NCBI GenBank assembly: GCA_028292405.1
Contig: JAQGMJ010000083.1
Coordinates: 148,676 to 212,675 of the forward strand
Source: Betaproteobacteria bacterium
Lineage (GTDB): Bacteria > Pseudomonadota > Gammaproteobacteria > Burkholderiales > JAEUOS01
Reading direction: 5' to 3'
DNA length: 64,000 bases
The position numbers and the translations under genes were made by a program. The notes under the pieces were generated by a model that saw nothing but the letters and a program-made list of their open reading frames with translations, searched no databases and was not told the origin of the DNA. Positions 46,581 through 56,700 of the stretch are shown here, piece after piece; the stretch's first letter is position 1; the number at the start of each line of letters is the position of its first letter.

Positions 46581-47824
46581 GCACCGGCACTTTTCCGGCC
46601 CTGCGCGGCTATCCGCGCGCCGATGGCCGCAAGGGCATACGCAACGTGGTGGTGGTCGGCTACCTGGTCGAGTGCGCGCATCATGTCGCGCGCCATATCA
46701 CATCGCGCTTTACCGACCGTGAAGTGCACCTGATCGGCTTTCCCGGCTGCTACCCGAATGCCTATGCCGAGAAAATGATGCAGCGCCTGTGCACCCACCC
46801 GAATGTCGGCGCCGCGCTGTTGGTGTCGCTGGGTTGCGAGAGCATGAACAAGTCCTGGCTGGAGCAGCAGATCGCCGCCAGCGGCCGCCCGGTGCATACC
46901 CTCACCATCCAGAAAACCGGCGGTACCAAGAAGACCATTGCCGCCGGCGTCGAATGGGTGCAGTGGGCGCTGGACGAACTGGGGGGCATGGAGCCCGTGC
47001 CCATGGGTGTGGACGAACTGGTGATCGGCACCACCTGCGGCGGCTCCGACGGCACCAGCGGCCTTACCGCCAACCCCGCGGTGGGCCGCGCCTTTGACGC
47101 ACTGATCGCCGCCGGCGCCGCTTGCGTGTTCGAGGAGACCGGCGAGCTGATCGGCTGCGAGCCCCACATGGTGCAGCGGGCAGTCACGCCCGAACTCGGC
47201 GGTGAAATCATGCGCTCGATGGAAAAGGCCGCGCGCTATTACGCGACGCTGGGCTACGGCAGCTTCGCGGTCGGCAACTCGGATGGCGGGCTTACCACCA
47301 TCGAAGAAAAATCGCTGGGCGCCTACGCCAAGAGCGGCGCCTCTGCCATTAGCGGCCTGGTCAAGCCGGGCGATGTGCCGCCGAGCGGCAAGGGCGGCTT
47401 GTACTTGCTCGACGTGGTGCCTGACGGTGAAGTACGCTTCGGCTTTCCCAACATCAACGACAACGCCGAGCTGGCCGAGCTGATCGCTTGCGGCGCGCAC
47501 CTGATTTTGTTCACCACCGGACGCGGCTCGGTGGTCGGCTCGGCGATTTCACCGGTGATCAAGGTGTGCGCCAACCCGGAAACCTATCGCGCCATGCAGG
47601 ACGATATGGACATCGACGCCGGCAGCATCCTTGAAGGTCGCGCGACACTGGAAGAAGTGGGGCGGGAGATCTGCGACCGGGTGGTGGCCATCGGCAACCA
47701 GGTGCAAAGCAAGTCCGAGGAACTCGGGCATCAGGAATTCATTTTGACTTACAAATCCTTCGAGCCAATCGGCCCGGCCTGCTTGCCGGTATCGATGCCG
47801 TTCTCCATTGGAGCGGTGCGATGA
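46577..47824 (+). CDS. UxaA-family dehydratase, large catalytic subunit
   Basis: ATG at 46577 (MSTGTFPALRGYPRADGRKGIRN). It carries the altronate/galactarate dehydratase C-terminal pattern (LGCE, GTTCGGSDGTSGLTANPA, LFTTGRGS). Confidence 0.85.
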   Translation: MSTGTFPALRGYPRADGRKGIRNVVVVGYLVECAHHVARHITSRFTDREVHLIGFPGCYPNAYAEKMMQRLCTHPNVGAALLVSLGCESMNKSWLEQQIAASGRPVHTLTIQKTGGTKKTIAAGVEWVQWALDELGGMEPVPMGVDELVIGTTCGGSDGTSGLTANPAVGRAFDALIAAGAACVFEETGELIGCEPHMVQRAVTPELGGEIMRSMEKAARYYATLGYGSFAVGNSDGGLTTIEEKSLGAYAKSGASAISGLVKPGDVPPSGKGGLYLLDVVPDGEVRFGFPNINDNAELAELIACGAHLILFTTGRGSVVGSAISPVIKVCANPETYRAMQDDMDIDAGSILEGRATLEEVGREICDRVVAIGNQVQSKSEELGHQEFILTYKSFEPIGPACLPVSMPFSIGAVR

Positions 47825-48840
47825 GCGACACGCAGGACTGGGTCGATACCTTCACCAAGGCTGGGCTGACCGCGGCCGGCGAGATGCCATCGATCGAGCC
47901 GCTCACCGGCGGCGTGTCTTCCGACATAGTGCTGGTGCAAAGCGGCGGCCGGCGCTTTTGCGTCAAGCGCGCCCTGGCCAAGCTCAAGGTGGCGGCCGAC
48001 TGGCGCGCGCCGGTGGAGCGCAACCGCAGCGAGGCGGACTGGTTCGCCGTGGTCGGCGCGGTGCTGCCGCAGGCGGTGCCGAAAATCATCGCCGACCATG
48101 CGGATGAAGGCTGGTTCGCGATGGAGTATCTGCCGCCCGAGGAATATCCGTTGTGGAAGGCGCAGTTTCGCGATGGTGAGATCGATACGGGCTTCGCTGC
48201 CCAAGTAGGCGCCACGCTGGCGCAAATCCACGCTGCCACCGCCGGGCGCGCGGGAATGGCGCAGCGCTTCGCCACCGACCACATCTTTTTCCCGATACGC
48301 CTCGAAGCCTATTTGCTGGCGACTGCTGAAAAGCATCCCGAATGCGCCCCAGAGTTGCGTGCACTGGTCGAAGTCACCGTCAGCACCAAGCTCGCGCTGG
48401 TGCACGGCGACGTCAGCCCGAAGAACATCCTGCGCGGACCTCTCTCGTCGAAAAGCGCGGGACCGGTGTTTCTCGATGCCGAATGCGCCTGGTATGGCGA
48501 CCCGGCCTTCGACCTTTCGTTCTGCCTCAATCACATGCTGCTCAAATGCCTGTGGCGCCCGCAACATGCGGCGGCGTATTTGCGCTGTTTCGACGCGCTC
48601 GCCGCGGCTTATCTTGCCGGCGTGGATTGGGAGCCGGCGCAGCGCATCGAAGAGCGCGCCGCGCGCCTGCTGCCGGGGCTGTTCCTGGCGCGGGTGGACG
48701 GCAAGTCGCCGGTGGAATATGTGACAGAGGAAGCGCAAAAGCAGCAGGTGCGAAAAGTCGCCGTGCCCCTTCTGCAAACGCCGCCGCAACAACTGGCCGA
48801 TGTGCGCGCCGCCTGGGCAAGGGAAATGGGAGTGTCATGA
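47821..48840 (+). CDS. APH-fold (MtnK/choline-kinase-like) small-molecule kinase
   Basis: ATG at 47821 overlaps the upstream stop (ATGA). It has the Gly-rich LTGGVSSDIV, CVKRAL, the catalytic loop HGDVSPKNIL and the metal-binding DAECAWYGDPAFDLSF. Confidence 0.8.
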   Translation: MSDTQDWVDTFTKAGLTAAGEMPSIEPLTGGVSSDIVLVQSGGRRFCVKRALAKLKVAADWRAPVERNRSEADWFAVVGAVLPQAVPKIIADHADEGWFAMEYLPPEEYPLWKAQFRDGEIDTGFAAQVGATLAQIHAATAGRAGMAQRFATDHIFFPIRLEAYLLATAEKHPECAPELRALVEVTVSTKLALVHGDVSPKNILRGPLSSKSAGPVFLDAECAWYGDPAFDLSFCLNHMLLKCLWRPQHAAAYLRCFDALAAAYLAGVDWEPAQRIEERAARLLPGLFLARVDGKSPVEYVTEEAQKQQVRKVAVPLLQTPPQQLADVRAAWAREMGVS

Positions 48841-50108
48841 GCAAGAGCATCATCCAGCAGGTACGCGGCCGCCGCATCTGGGACTCGCGCGGCCGCCCGA
48901 CAGTGGAGGCCGAAATCACCCTGGCCGACGGCAGCGTCGGCTTCGGCCTGGCGCCGGCCGGCGCTTCGCGTGGTTCGCGCGAGGCGGTGGACTTGCGCGA
49001 TCCCGGCAAGAAACTTGGCGGCTTCGACATCGTCGGCGCAGTGGCGAATGTAAATGGCGAAATTGCCCAAGCGCTCATCGGCCTGGACGCCAGCGACCAG
49101 GCCGGCATCGACGCACGCCTGATCGCGCTCGACGGCACGCCGACCAAGTCGCGCCTGGGCGGCAACGCCACCATCGCCGCCAGCCTGGCCGCGCTGCACG
49201 CGGCGGCGGCTTCGGCACGCCAGCCGCTATGGCAATACGTCGCGCAGGGCAGGGCGGTGACCATGCCCTTGCCGGAAATCCAGATTTTCGGCGGCGGTGC
49301 GCACGCCGGGCGGCGCGTTGACATCCAGGACTTCATGGTAATGGCCCTGGGTGCGAAAAGTTTCGACCAGGCGCTGGAGTGGACCGCCGAGGTCTACCTC
49401 GCCGCCGGCAGCTTGATGAAAGCCGCCGGCAAGCAGGCCGGGGTGGCGGATGAGGGCGGCTACTGGCCGCTGTTCGCCGCCAACGAAGAGGCGCTGGAAA
49501 TGCTCACCCGCGCGATTGCCGCGGCCGGTTTCACCCACGAGCAGGTGGCGATTTCGCTGGACATCGCGGCTTCCGAATTCGGTTCCAACGGGCGCTACAA
49601 GCTGGGCCTTGAATCGCGCGAACTCGACACCAGCGGGCTGATCGACATGCTCGGCAAATGGATGGCGGCCTACCCCATCGTTTCTGTCGAAGACCCGCTG
49701 GCGGAAGACGACGAAGCCGGCCTGATCGAGTTCACCCGCCGTTTTGGTGCCAAGGTGCAGATCATCGGCGACGACTATCTCGTGACCAGCGCAGAGCGCG
49801 TGCAGCATGCCGCCGGCGCGGGCGCCTGCAATTGCGCCCTGATCAAGCTGAACCAGGCCGGCACCGTAACGGAGACAAAGGCCGCGCTGGACGCCGCCCA
49901 GGCCGCCGGCTGGAACACCGTCGTCTCCGCCCGTTCCGGCGAGACCGAAGACACCAGCATCACCCACCTGGCGGTCGGCTGGAACGCCGGCCAGCTCAAG
50001 GTCGGTTCCTTTTCCCGTTCCGAGCGCATGGCGAAATGGAACGAGGGCTTGCGCATCGAGGAGGCGACCCGGGCGCCGTTTGCCGGGCGCGGCGCGGTTT
50101 TCCGCTAA
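48837..50108 (+). CDS. Enolase-family protein, divergent paralog
   Basis: ATG at 48837 overlaps the kinase stop (ATGA). It aligns by eye with enolase throughout (DSRGRPTVEAE, GASRGSREA, VADEGGY, LDIAASEF, SVEDP, IGDD, IKLNQAG, SGETED, QLKVG). However, it reads IQDFMV where enolases have QEFM, and SARSGETED where they have SHRSGETED. Confidence 0.85.
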   Translation: MSKSIIQQVRGRRIWDSRGRPTVEAEITLADGSVGFGLAPAGASRGSREAVDLRDPGKKLGGFDIVGAVANVNGEIAQALIGLDASDQAGIDARLIALDGTPTKSRLGGNATIAASLAALHAAAASARQPLWQYVAQGRAVTMPLPEIQIFGGGAHAGRRVDIQDFMVMALGAKSFDQALEWTAEVYLAAGSLMKAAGKQAGVADEGGYWPLFAANEEALEMLTRAIAAAGFTHEQVAISLDIAASEFGSNGRYKLGLESRELDTSGLIDMLGKWMAAYPIVSVEDPLAEDDEAGLIEFTRRFGAKVQIIGDDYLVTSAERVQHAAGAGACNCALIKLNQAGTVTETKAALDAAQAAGWNTVVSARSGETEDTSITHLAVGWNAGQLKVGSFSRSERMAKWNEGLRIEEATRAPFAGRGAVFR

Positions 50109-50148
50109 GCCGGTCCGGACAGGTGGTTTTTATTCGGGGGAGACCCTA

Positions 50149-50178
50149 TTGACGGGGTGATAACCAACTGGTTACGAT
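50149..50178 (+). promoter_or_regulatory. Candidate sigma70 promoter with embedded 14-bp palindrome
   Basis: TTGACG (50149-50154) and TACGAT (50173-50178) are 18 nt apart. The palindrome TAACCA-AC-TGGTTA at 50161-50174 spans the spacer and -10, upstream of the ABC ATPase gene. Confidence 0.4.
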
Positions 50179-50213
50179 GCATGCATAACTAGGTGTATTT
50201 GGAGACAAAAACC

Positions 50214-51290
50214 GTGGCATCGGTATCCATACAACAAACACAAAAGTATTTCGGCCAGACCCACATCATCAAGGGCGTGTCGATAGACATTGCCGACGGT
50301 GAATTCTGCGTCCTGGTCGGTCCCTCCGGCTGCGGCAAATCCACCCTCCTGCGCATGATCGCCGGCCTGGAAGAAATTTCCGGCGGGCAGATCTCCATCG
50401 GCGGCAAGGTGGTGAACAACATGCCGCCGAAAGAGCGCGACATCGCGATGGTGTTCCAGAATTACGCCCTGTATCCGCACATGACGGTGCGCGACAACAT
50501 GGCGTTTTCGTTGATGCTGGCCAAGCGCGAAAAATCGGTGATCGACGAGCGCGTCGGCAAGGCCGCAGGCATCCTCGGCCTCAATCAACTGCTCGACCGC
50601 TACCCGCGCCAGCTTTCCGGCGGCCAGCGCCAGCGCGTGGCCATGGGCCGGGCCATCGTGCGCGACCCGCAGGTGTTCCTGTTCGACGAGCCGTTGTCCA
50701 ACCTCGACGCCAAGCTGCGCGTGCAAATGCGCACCGAGATCAAGGAGCTGCACCAGCGCCTGAAGACCACTTCCATTTACGTCACGCACGACCAGATCGA
50801 AGCCATGACCATGGCCGACAAGATCGTGGTGATGCGCGACGGCCTGGTGGAACAGATCGGCACGCCGCTGGAGCTCTACGACAACCCGGCGAACCAGTTT
50901 GTCGCCGGCTTCATCGGCTCGCCGTCGATGAATTTTTTGCCGGGCACCGTCATGCGCAGCGGCGGCAATGTCGGTGTGCAATTATCCGACGGCGTGGTAC
51001 TGCAGATGCCCAGCGGTACCGCCGGGGCGGATGGCCAGAAGGTGATTTTCGGCACCCGGCCCGAGCATGTCGAACTGGTGGGCGGCAGCGAGGGTGTGGC
51101 GGCGGAAGTCGTGGTGGTCGAGCCTACCGGCGCCGACACCCAGGTGTATTCGAAAATCTCCGGCACCGAAGTCACCACCATATTCCGCGAGCGCCATGAC
51201 TTCAAGCCGGGCTCGACCATCCGTCTACGCCCCGATCCTACGCGCGCCCATCTTTTCGATGCCGCTAATGGCAACCGGCTGGCCGCCTAG
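50214..51290 (+). CDS. ABC transporter ATP-binding protein (MalK/UgpC-like)
   Basis: GTG at 50214 with GGAG 9 nt upstream. It has Walker A GPSGCGKST, the signature LSGGQRQRVAMGRA, Walker B FLFDEPLSNLD, and a C-terminal TOBE-like domain. Confidence 0.9.
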   Translation: MASVSIQQTQKYFGQTHIIKGVSIDIADGEFCVLVGPSGCGKSTLLRMIAGLEEISGGQISIGGKVVNNMPPKERDIAMVFQNYALYPHMTVRDNMAFSLMLAKREKSVIDERVGKAAGILGLNQLLDRYPRQLSGGQRQRVAMGRAIVRDPQVFLFDEPLSNLDAKLRVQMRTEIKELHQRLKTTSIYVTHDQIEAMTMADKIVVMRDGLVEQIGTPLELYDNPANQFVAGFIGSPSMNFLPGTVMRSGGNVGVQLSDGVVLQMPSGTAGADGQKVIFGTRPEHVELVGGSEGVAAEVVVVEPTGADTQVYSKISGTEVTTIFRERHDFKPGSTIRLRPDPTRAHLFDAANGNRLAA

Positions 51291-51408
51291 ATTTTTCGTT
51301 TTACCATGGTTGCATCACCTTTGAGCCGGCCTGTTGCAGGGTAGGCTCAACTCAAACCAGAACGGGCAAAAACAGGGAATCACTGTTGCCCTCACAGGAG
51401 ACAAAAAA

Positions 51409-52731
51409 ATGGTTCATCACACGCGCCGCAAATTCATCAAGAGTTCGACCGCCGCCGCGGCCGTCAGCGCCGCTGCCGGCCCGCTGATCTGGGTCAAGGA
51501 CGCAAATGCCCAGTGGAATAACCAGGTAGAGAAGGGCGCCAAGCTGCGCGTGCTGCGCTGGAAGCGTTTCGTCGCCGGCGACGAAACGGTGTACCTGGAG
51601 AACGTCAAGAAGTTCAGCGAAAAATACGGCGTCGAAGTCAAGGTCGATAGCGAGTCCTGGGAAGACGTGCGCCCGAAGGCGGCTGTTGCCGCCAACGTCG
51701 GCAGCGGCCCGGACATCATCCTCTCGACCAACGACGACGCCAACCTCTATCCCGCCAAGCTGCTCGACGTCACTGATGTGGCCGACTACCTCGGGAAGAA
51801 ATACGGCGGCTGGTACCCGGTGTGCGAGCAATATCTGAAACCCGATGGGAAGAAGTGGATCGGCATTCCGCTGGGTGCGGCGGGCAACTGCATCGTCTAC
51901 CGTGAAAGCCAGGTGAAGGCGGCCGGTTTCGCCACCTTTCCGAAGACCACCGACGAATTCCTGAAGATGATGAAGGCCCTGAAGGAAAAGGGCACCCCCG
52001 GCGGTTTCGCGCTGGGCCACGCCACCGGCGACCAGGCCTGGGCCTTCTGGCTGGTGTGGGCCTTCGGCGGCAAGATGGTCGACAACAACAACAAGGTGGT
52101 GATCAACAGCCCCGAGACGGTCAAGGCGCTGGAGTACGTCAAGGAGTTGTACCAGACCTTCGTGCCCGGCACGCTTTCCTGGCTGGATCCGAACAACAAC
52201 AAGGCCTTCCTCGACGGCCAGTGCAGCGTCACCGCCAACGGCATCTCCGTCTACTACGCGGCGAAGAATGCGACCGACCCGAAGATCAAGGAACTGGCGG
52301 CCGACATCCAGCATGCCAATTTTCCGATCGGCCCGGCCGGCGTGCCCACCGAATTCAACCTGTTCTTCAACCAGATGGTCTTCAAGTACACCAAGTATCC
52401 GAAGGCGGCGAAGGAGTTTCTGCGCTTCATGATGGAAGAAGAGCAGTACGGCCCGTGGATGCAGGCCTCGATCGGCTACACCTGCCAGCCGCTGCGCGCC
52501 TACGAGAAGAACCCGATCTGGACCGTGGACCCGAAGCACACTCCATATCGCAACGCGATGAACGTGATGCGCCCCACCGGTTACTCCGGCAAGATGGGCT
52601 CGGGGTCGGCCGCGACCATGGCCGACTTCGTCATGCTCGACATGGTGGCCGAGGCCGCCTCGGGGCAAAAGACGCCGGCCGAAGCCGCCGCCCGCGCCGC
52701 GCAGCGCGCCACGCGCAACTACAAGGCGTAA
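51409..52731 (+). CDS. ABC transporter substrate-binding protein with twin-arginine (Tat) signal
   Basis: ATG at 51409 with AGGAGA upstream. The Tat motif reads TRRKFIKSSTAAAAVSAAAGPLIWVKDANA, followed by a family-1 SBP-like body. Confidence 0.85.
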   Translation: MVHHTRRKFIKSSTAAAAVSAAAGPLIWVKDANAQWNNQVEKGAKLRVLRWKRFVAGDETVYLENVKKFSEKYGVEVKVDSESWEDVRPKAAVAANVGSGPDIILSTNDDANLYPAKLLDVTDVADYLGKKYGGWYPVCEQYLKPDGKKWIGIPLGAAGNCIVYRESQVKAAGFATFPKTTDEFLKMMKALKEKGTPGGFALGHATGDQAWAFWLVWAFGGKMVDNNNKVVINSPETVKALEYVKELYQTFVPGTLSWLDPNNNKAFLDGQCSVTANGISVYYAAKNATDPKIKELAADIQHANFPIGPAGVPTEFNLFFNQMVFKYTKYPKAAKEFLRFMMEEEQYGPWMQASIGYTCQPLRAYEKNPIWTVDPKHTPYRNAMNVMRPTGYSGKMGSGSAATMADFVMLDMVAEAASGQKTPAEAAARAAQRATRNYKA

Positions 52732-52795
52732 AGCGCTAGTCGGCGGTAGCGCGGCTATCGCGATTTCCGCCGCCAATCAGCAAAAACGGATCACC

Positions 52796-53746
52796 ATGCA
52801 CGCAGCAGTCAAGGAACCCGCAGTACCCCGCGGCTCCGGCCTTGGGGCGCTCGGGCGCCTGTCCAACAACGTCACTTTTCTCGGCTTGCTGTTCATGCTG
52901 CCGGCGGCCGCGCTGCTGTTGGTGTTTCTCACCTATCCCCTGGGCCTGGGTATGTGGCTGGGGCTGACCGACACCAAGATCGGCCGCAGCGGCGAATTCA
53001 TCGGCCTGGAAAATTACCAGGCGCTTTGGGACGACGACGTGTTCTGGCTTTCGGTGCGCACCACCATCCTCTATACCTCGGTGGCGAGTTTTTTCAAGTT
53101 CGTGCTCGGCCTGTGGCTGGCGCTGCTGCTGAATCAGAACATCGCCTTCAAGTCGTTCATGCGCGCGATCCTGCTCTTGCCATGGATCGTGCCGACCACG
53201 CTGTCTGCCATCGCCTTCTGGTGGATCTACGACAGCCAGTTTTCCATCATCTCCTGGGCCCTGACGAAGATGGGCCTGATCCACGGCTACATCGACTTTC
53301 TCGGTGACGGCTGGAACGCGCGCTGGTCGGTGATCGCCGCCAACGTCTGGCGCGGCATCCCCTTTGTCGCCATATCGCTGCTCGCCGGCTTGCAGACCAT
53401 TTCGCCCTCTCTGTACGAAGCGGCGACCATCGACGGCGCCAGCCCCTGGCAGAACTTCCGCTTCATCACTTATCCGCTGCTCACGCCGATCATCGCCATC
53501 GTCATGACCTTCTCGGTGCTGTTCACCTTCACCGACTTCCAGCTCATCTACGTCATCACCCGCGGCGGCCCGGTCAACTACACCCACCTGATGGCCACGC
53601 TTTCTTTCCAGCGCGCCATTCCCGGCGGCAACCTCGCCGAGGGCGCGGCGATTGCCATGGCGATGGTGCCCTTTCTGATCGGCGCCATCCTGATCAGCTT
53701 TTTCGGCCTGCAGCGGCGCGCCTGGCAACAGGGTTCGAAGGATTGA
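52796..53746 (+). CDS. ABC transporter permease (MalF/UgpA-like)
   Basis: Polytopic profile with EAA-loop SLYEAATIDGASPWQNFRFITYP. Confidence 0.88.
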   Translation: MHAAVKEPAVPRGSGLGALGRLSNNVTFLGLLFMLPAAALLLVFLTYPLGLGMWLGLTDTKIGRSGEFIGLENYQALWDDDVFWLSVRTTILYTSVASFFKFVLGLWLALLLNQNIAFKSFMRAILLLPWIVPTTLSAIAFWWIYDSQFSIISWALTKMGLIHGYIDFLGDGWNARWSVIAANVWRGIPFVAISLLAGLQTISPSLYEAATIDGASPWQNFRFITYPLLTPIIAIVMTFSVLFTFTDFQLIYVITRGGPVNYTHLMATLSFQRAIPGGNLAEGAAIAMAMVPFLIGAILISFFGLQRRAWQQGSKD

Positions 53747-53750
53747 TGCG

Positions 53751-54650
53751 ATGAGCCAGACCGTCACTAGCAGCCCGCAGGCGCCGACCTATTCCGACGG
53801 CGGCATGGACTACCTGGTCACGCGCCAGCGCCGCTTTTTCACCGTGTTCCTGCCGCTGGCGGCGTTCACCTTCGTGCTGCTGTTTCCGTTCTACTGGATG
53901 ACGGTCACCACCTTCAAGCCGAACGAAGAGATGTACGACTTCAGCCACCACAACCCATTCTGGATCAACAGCCCGACGCTGGCCAACGTCAAGAAATTGT
54001 TGTTCGACACCGCTTATCCGCAGTGGCTGCTCAACACCATGATCGTCGCGGTGGCCTCCACCTTCATCGCCCTGTTCTGCAGCGTGCTGGCCGCCTACGC
54101 TATCGAGCGCCTGCGCTTCAAGGGCAGCAAGTGGGTGGGCTTGGCGATCTACGGGGCCTATCTGGTGCCTCCGTCGATCCTGTTCATCCCGCTGGCGACG
54201 ATGATCTTCAAGCTGGAGCTGTTCGACACGCGCTGGGCGCTGATTCTCAGCTATCCGACCTTCCTGATCCCGTTTTGCACCTGGCTGCTGATGGGCTATT
54301 TCCGCTCGATTCCCTACGAGTTGGAAGAGTGCGCGCTGATCGACGGCGCCACCCGCCTGCAGATATTGTGGAAGATCGTCCTGCCGCTCGCGGTGCCCGG
54401 CCTGATCTCCGCCGGCATCTTCGCTTTTACCCTGTCGTGGAACGAGTTCATCTACGCGCTCACCTTCATCTCCTCCTCGGAAGTGAAAACCGTCCCGGTG
54501 GGCGTGATCACCGAGCTGGTCGACGGCGATGTCTACCACTGGGGCGCGCTGATGGCGGGCGCCTTGTTCGGCTCGGTGCCGGTGGCCGTCCTGTACTCCT
54601 TCTTTGTCGAGTACTACGTCTCGGGCATGACGGGCGCGGTGAAGGAATAA
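53751..54650 (+). CDS. ABC transporter permease (MalG/UgpE-like)
   Basis: Polytopic profile with EAA-loop ELEECALIDGATRLQILWKIVLP. Confidence 0.88.
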   Translation: MSQTVTSSPQAPTYSDGGMDYLVTRQRRFFTVFLPLAAFTFVLLFPFYWMTVTTFKPNEEMYDFSHHNPFWINSPTLANVKKLLFDTAYPQWLLNTMIVAVASTFIALFCSVLAAYAIERLRFKGSKWVGLAIYGAYLVPPSILFIPLATMIFKLELFDTRWALILSYPTFLIPFCTWLLMGYFRSIPYELEECALIDGATRLQILWKIVLPLAVPGLISAGIFAFTLSWNEFIYALTFISSSEVKTVPVGVITELVDGDVYHWGALMAGALFGSVPVAVLYSFFVEYYVSGMTGAVKE

Positions 54651-54745
54651 GCCGGGGCTGCCGGCGTTTCACGCGCTCGCCGCGTCCGCGCTGTTAACAT
54701 CCGGACTTCGCACTGCCGCTTGCGCGCGGCGGTGCCTGCCCCTGA

Positions 54746-55870
<1,125 letters not shown>

Positions 55871-55926
55871 GCCTATATTTTGCAACGCGGGACAGCAGCT
55901 CCCGCCCATTCAAGCAAGGAAAAATC

Positions 55927-56700
55927 ATGGAACTCGGTCTCAAGGGAAAAACAGCCATCATCACCGGCGCCACGCAGGGCATCGGCCGCGCTACCGCGGA
56001 ACGCCTGGCTGCCGAAGGCGCGAACGTAGTGATTTGCGCGCGGCGCCAGGAGTTGCTCGACGAAGTGGTGGGCGGCATCCGCGCCGCCGGCGGCAAGGCG
56101 CACGGCGTGAGCGCGGACGTCAGCAAGGCGGAAGACTGCGCGCGCATCGTCAGTGAAGCGGTAAAGGCCTTCGGGCGTATCGACATACTGGTCAACAACG
56201 CCGGCACTTCCAATCGCGGCAAGTTCGAGGAGGTGAGCGACGAGGTATGGCAGGCCGACCTTGATCTGAAAGTGTTCGGCGCCATTCGCCTGACCCGCGG
56301 GGTGATCCCCGAAATGCGCAAGCAGGGCGGTGGCCGTGTCATCAACCTCACCAACATCGGCGCCAAGCAGCCCAAGGCCGAGTCCATGCCCACCGTGGTC
56401 AGCCGTGCGGCCGGCCTGGCGATGACCAAGGCGCTGTCGAAGGAATTCGCCGCCGACAAGATACTGGTCAATACCGTGTGCATCGGACTGATCAAGGCCG
56501 GCCAGCACGACACCACCGCGGCCAAGCGCGGCATTCCGGTCGAGAAGCTTTACGAGGGAATGGGCAAGGAAATTCCGCTCGGACGGGTGGGCGAAGCGGC
56601 CGAAGTAGCCAACGTCATCACCTTCCTCGCCTCGGACGCCGCCAGCTACGTCACCGGCACCAGCATCAATCTCGACGGCGGCACCTCGGGCGTACTGTGA
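55927..56700 (+). CDS. SDR-family oxidoreductase (FabG-like)
   Basis: It has the cofactor motif TGATQGIGRA, NNAG, and an SDR-length body ending in GGTSG. Confidence 0.85.
   Translation: MELGLKGKTAIITGATQGIGRATAERLAAEGANVVICARRQELLDEVVGGIRAAGGKAHGVSADVSKAEDCARIVSEAVKAFGRIDILVNNAGTSNRGKFEEVSDEVWQADLDLKVFGAIRLTRGVIPEMRKQGGGRVINLTNIGAKQPKAESMPTVVSRAAGLAMTKALSKEFAADKILVNTVCIGLIKAGQHDTTAAKRGIPVEKLYEGMGKEIPLGRVGEAAEVANVITFLASDAASYVTGTSINLDGGTSGVL

Noticed and set aside
51352-52776. 474-aa minus-strand ORF, and similar ones at 30828-32285, 54614-55909, 55873-56886, 52736-53767 and 46439-47500
   Set aside because: All are antisense shadows of plus-strand genes with clear family signatures. None has an RBS-linked start or a recognisable motif.
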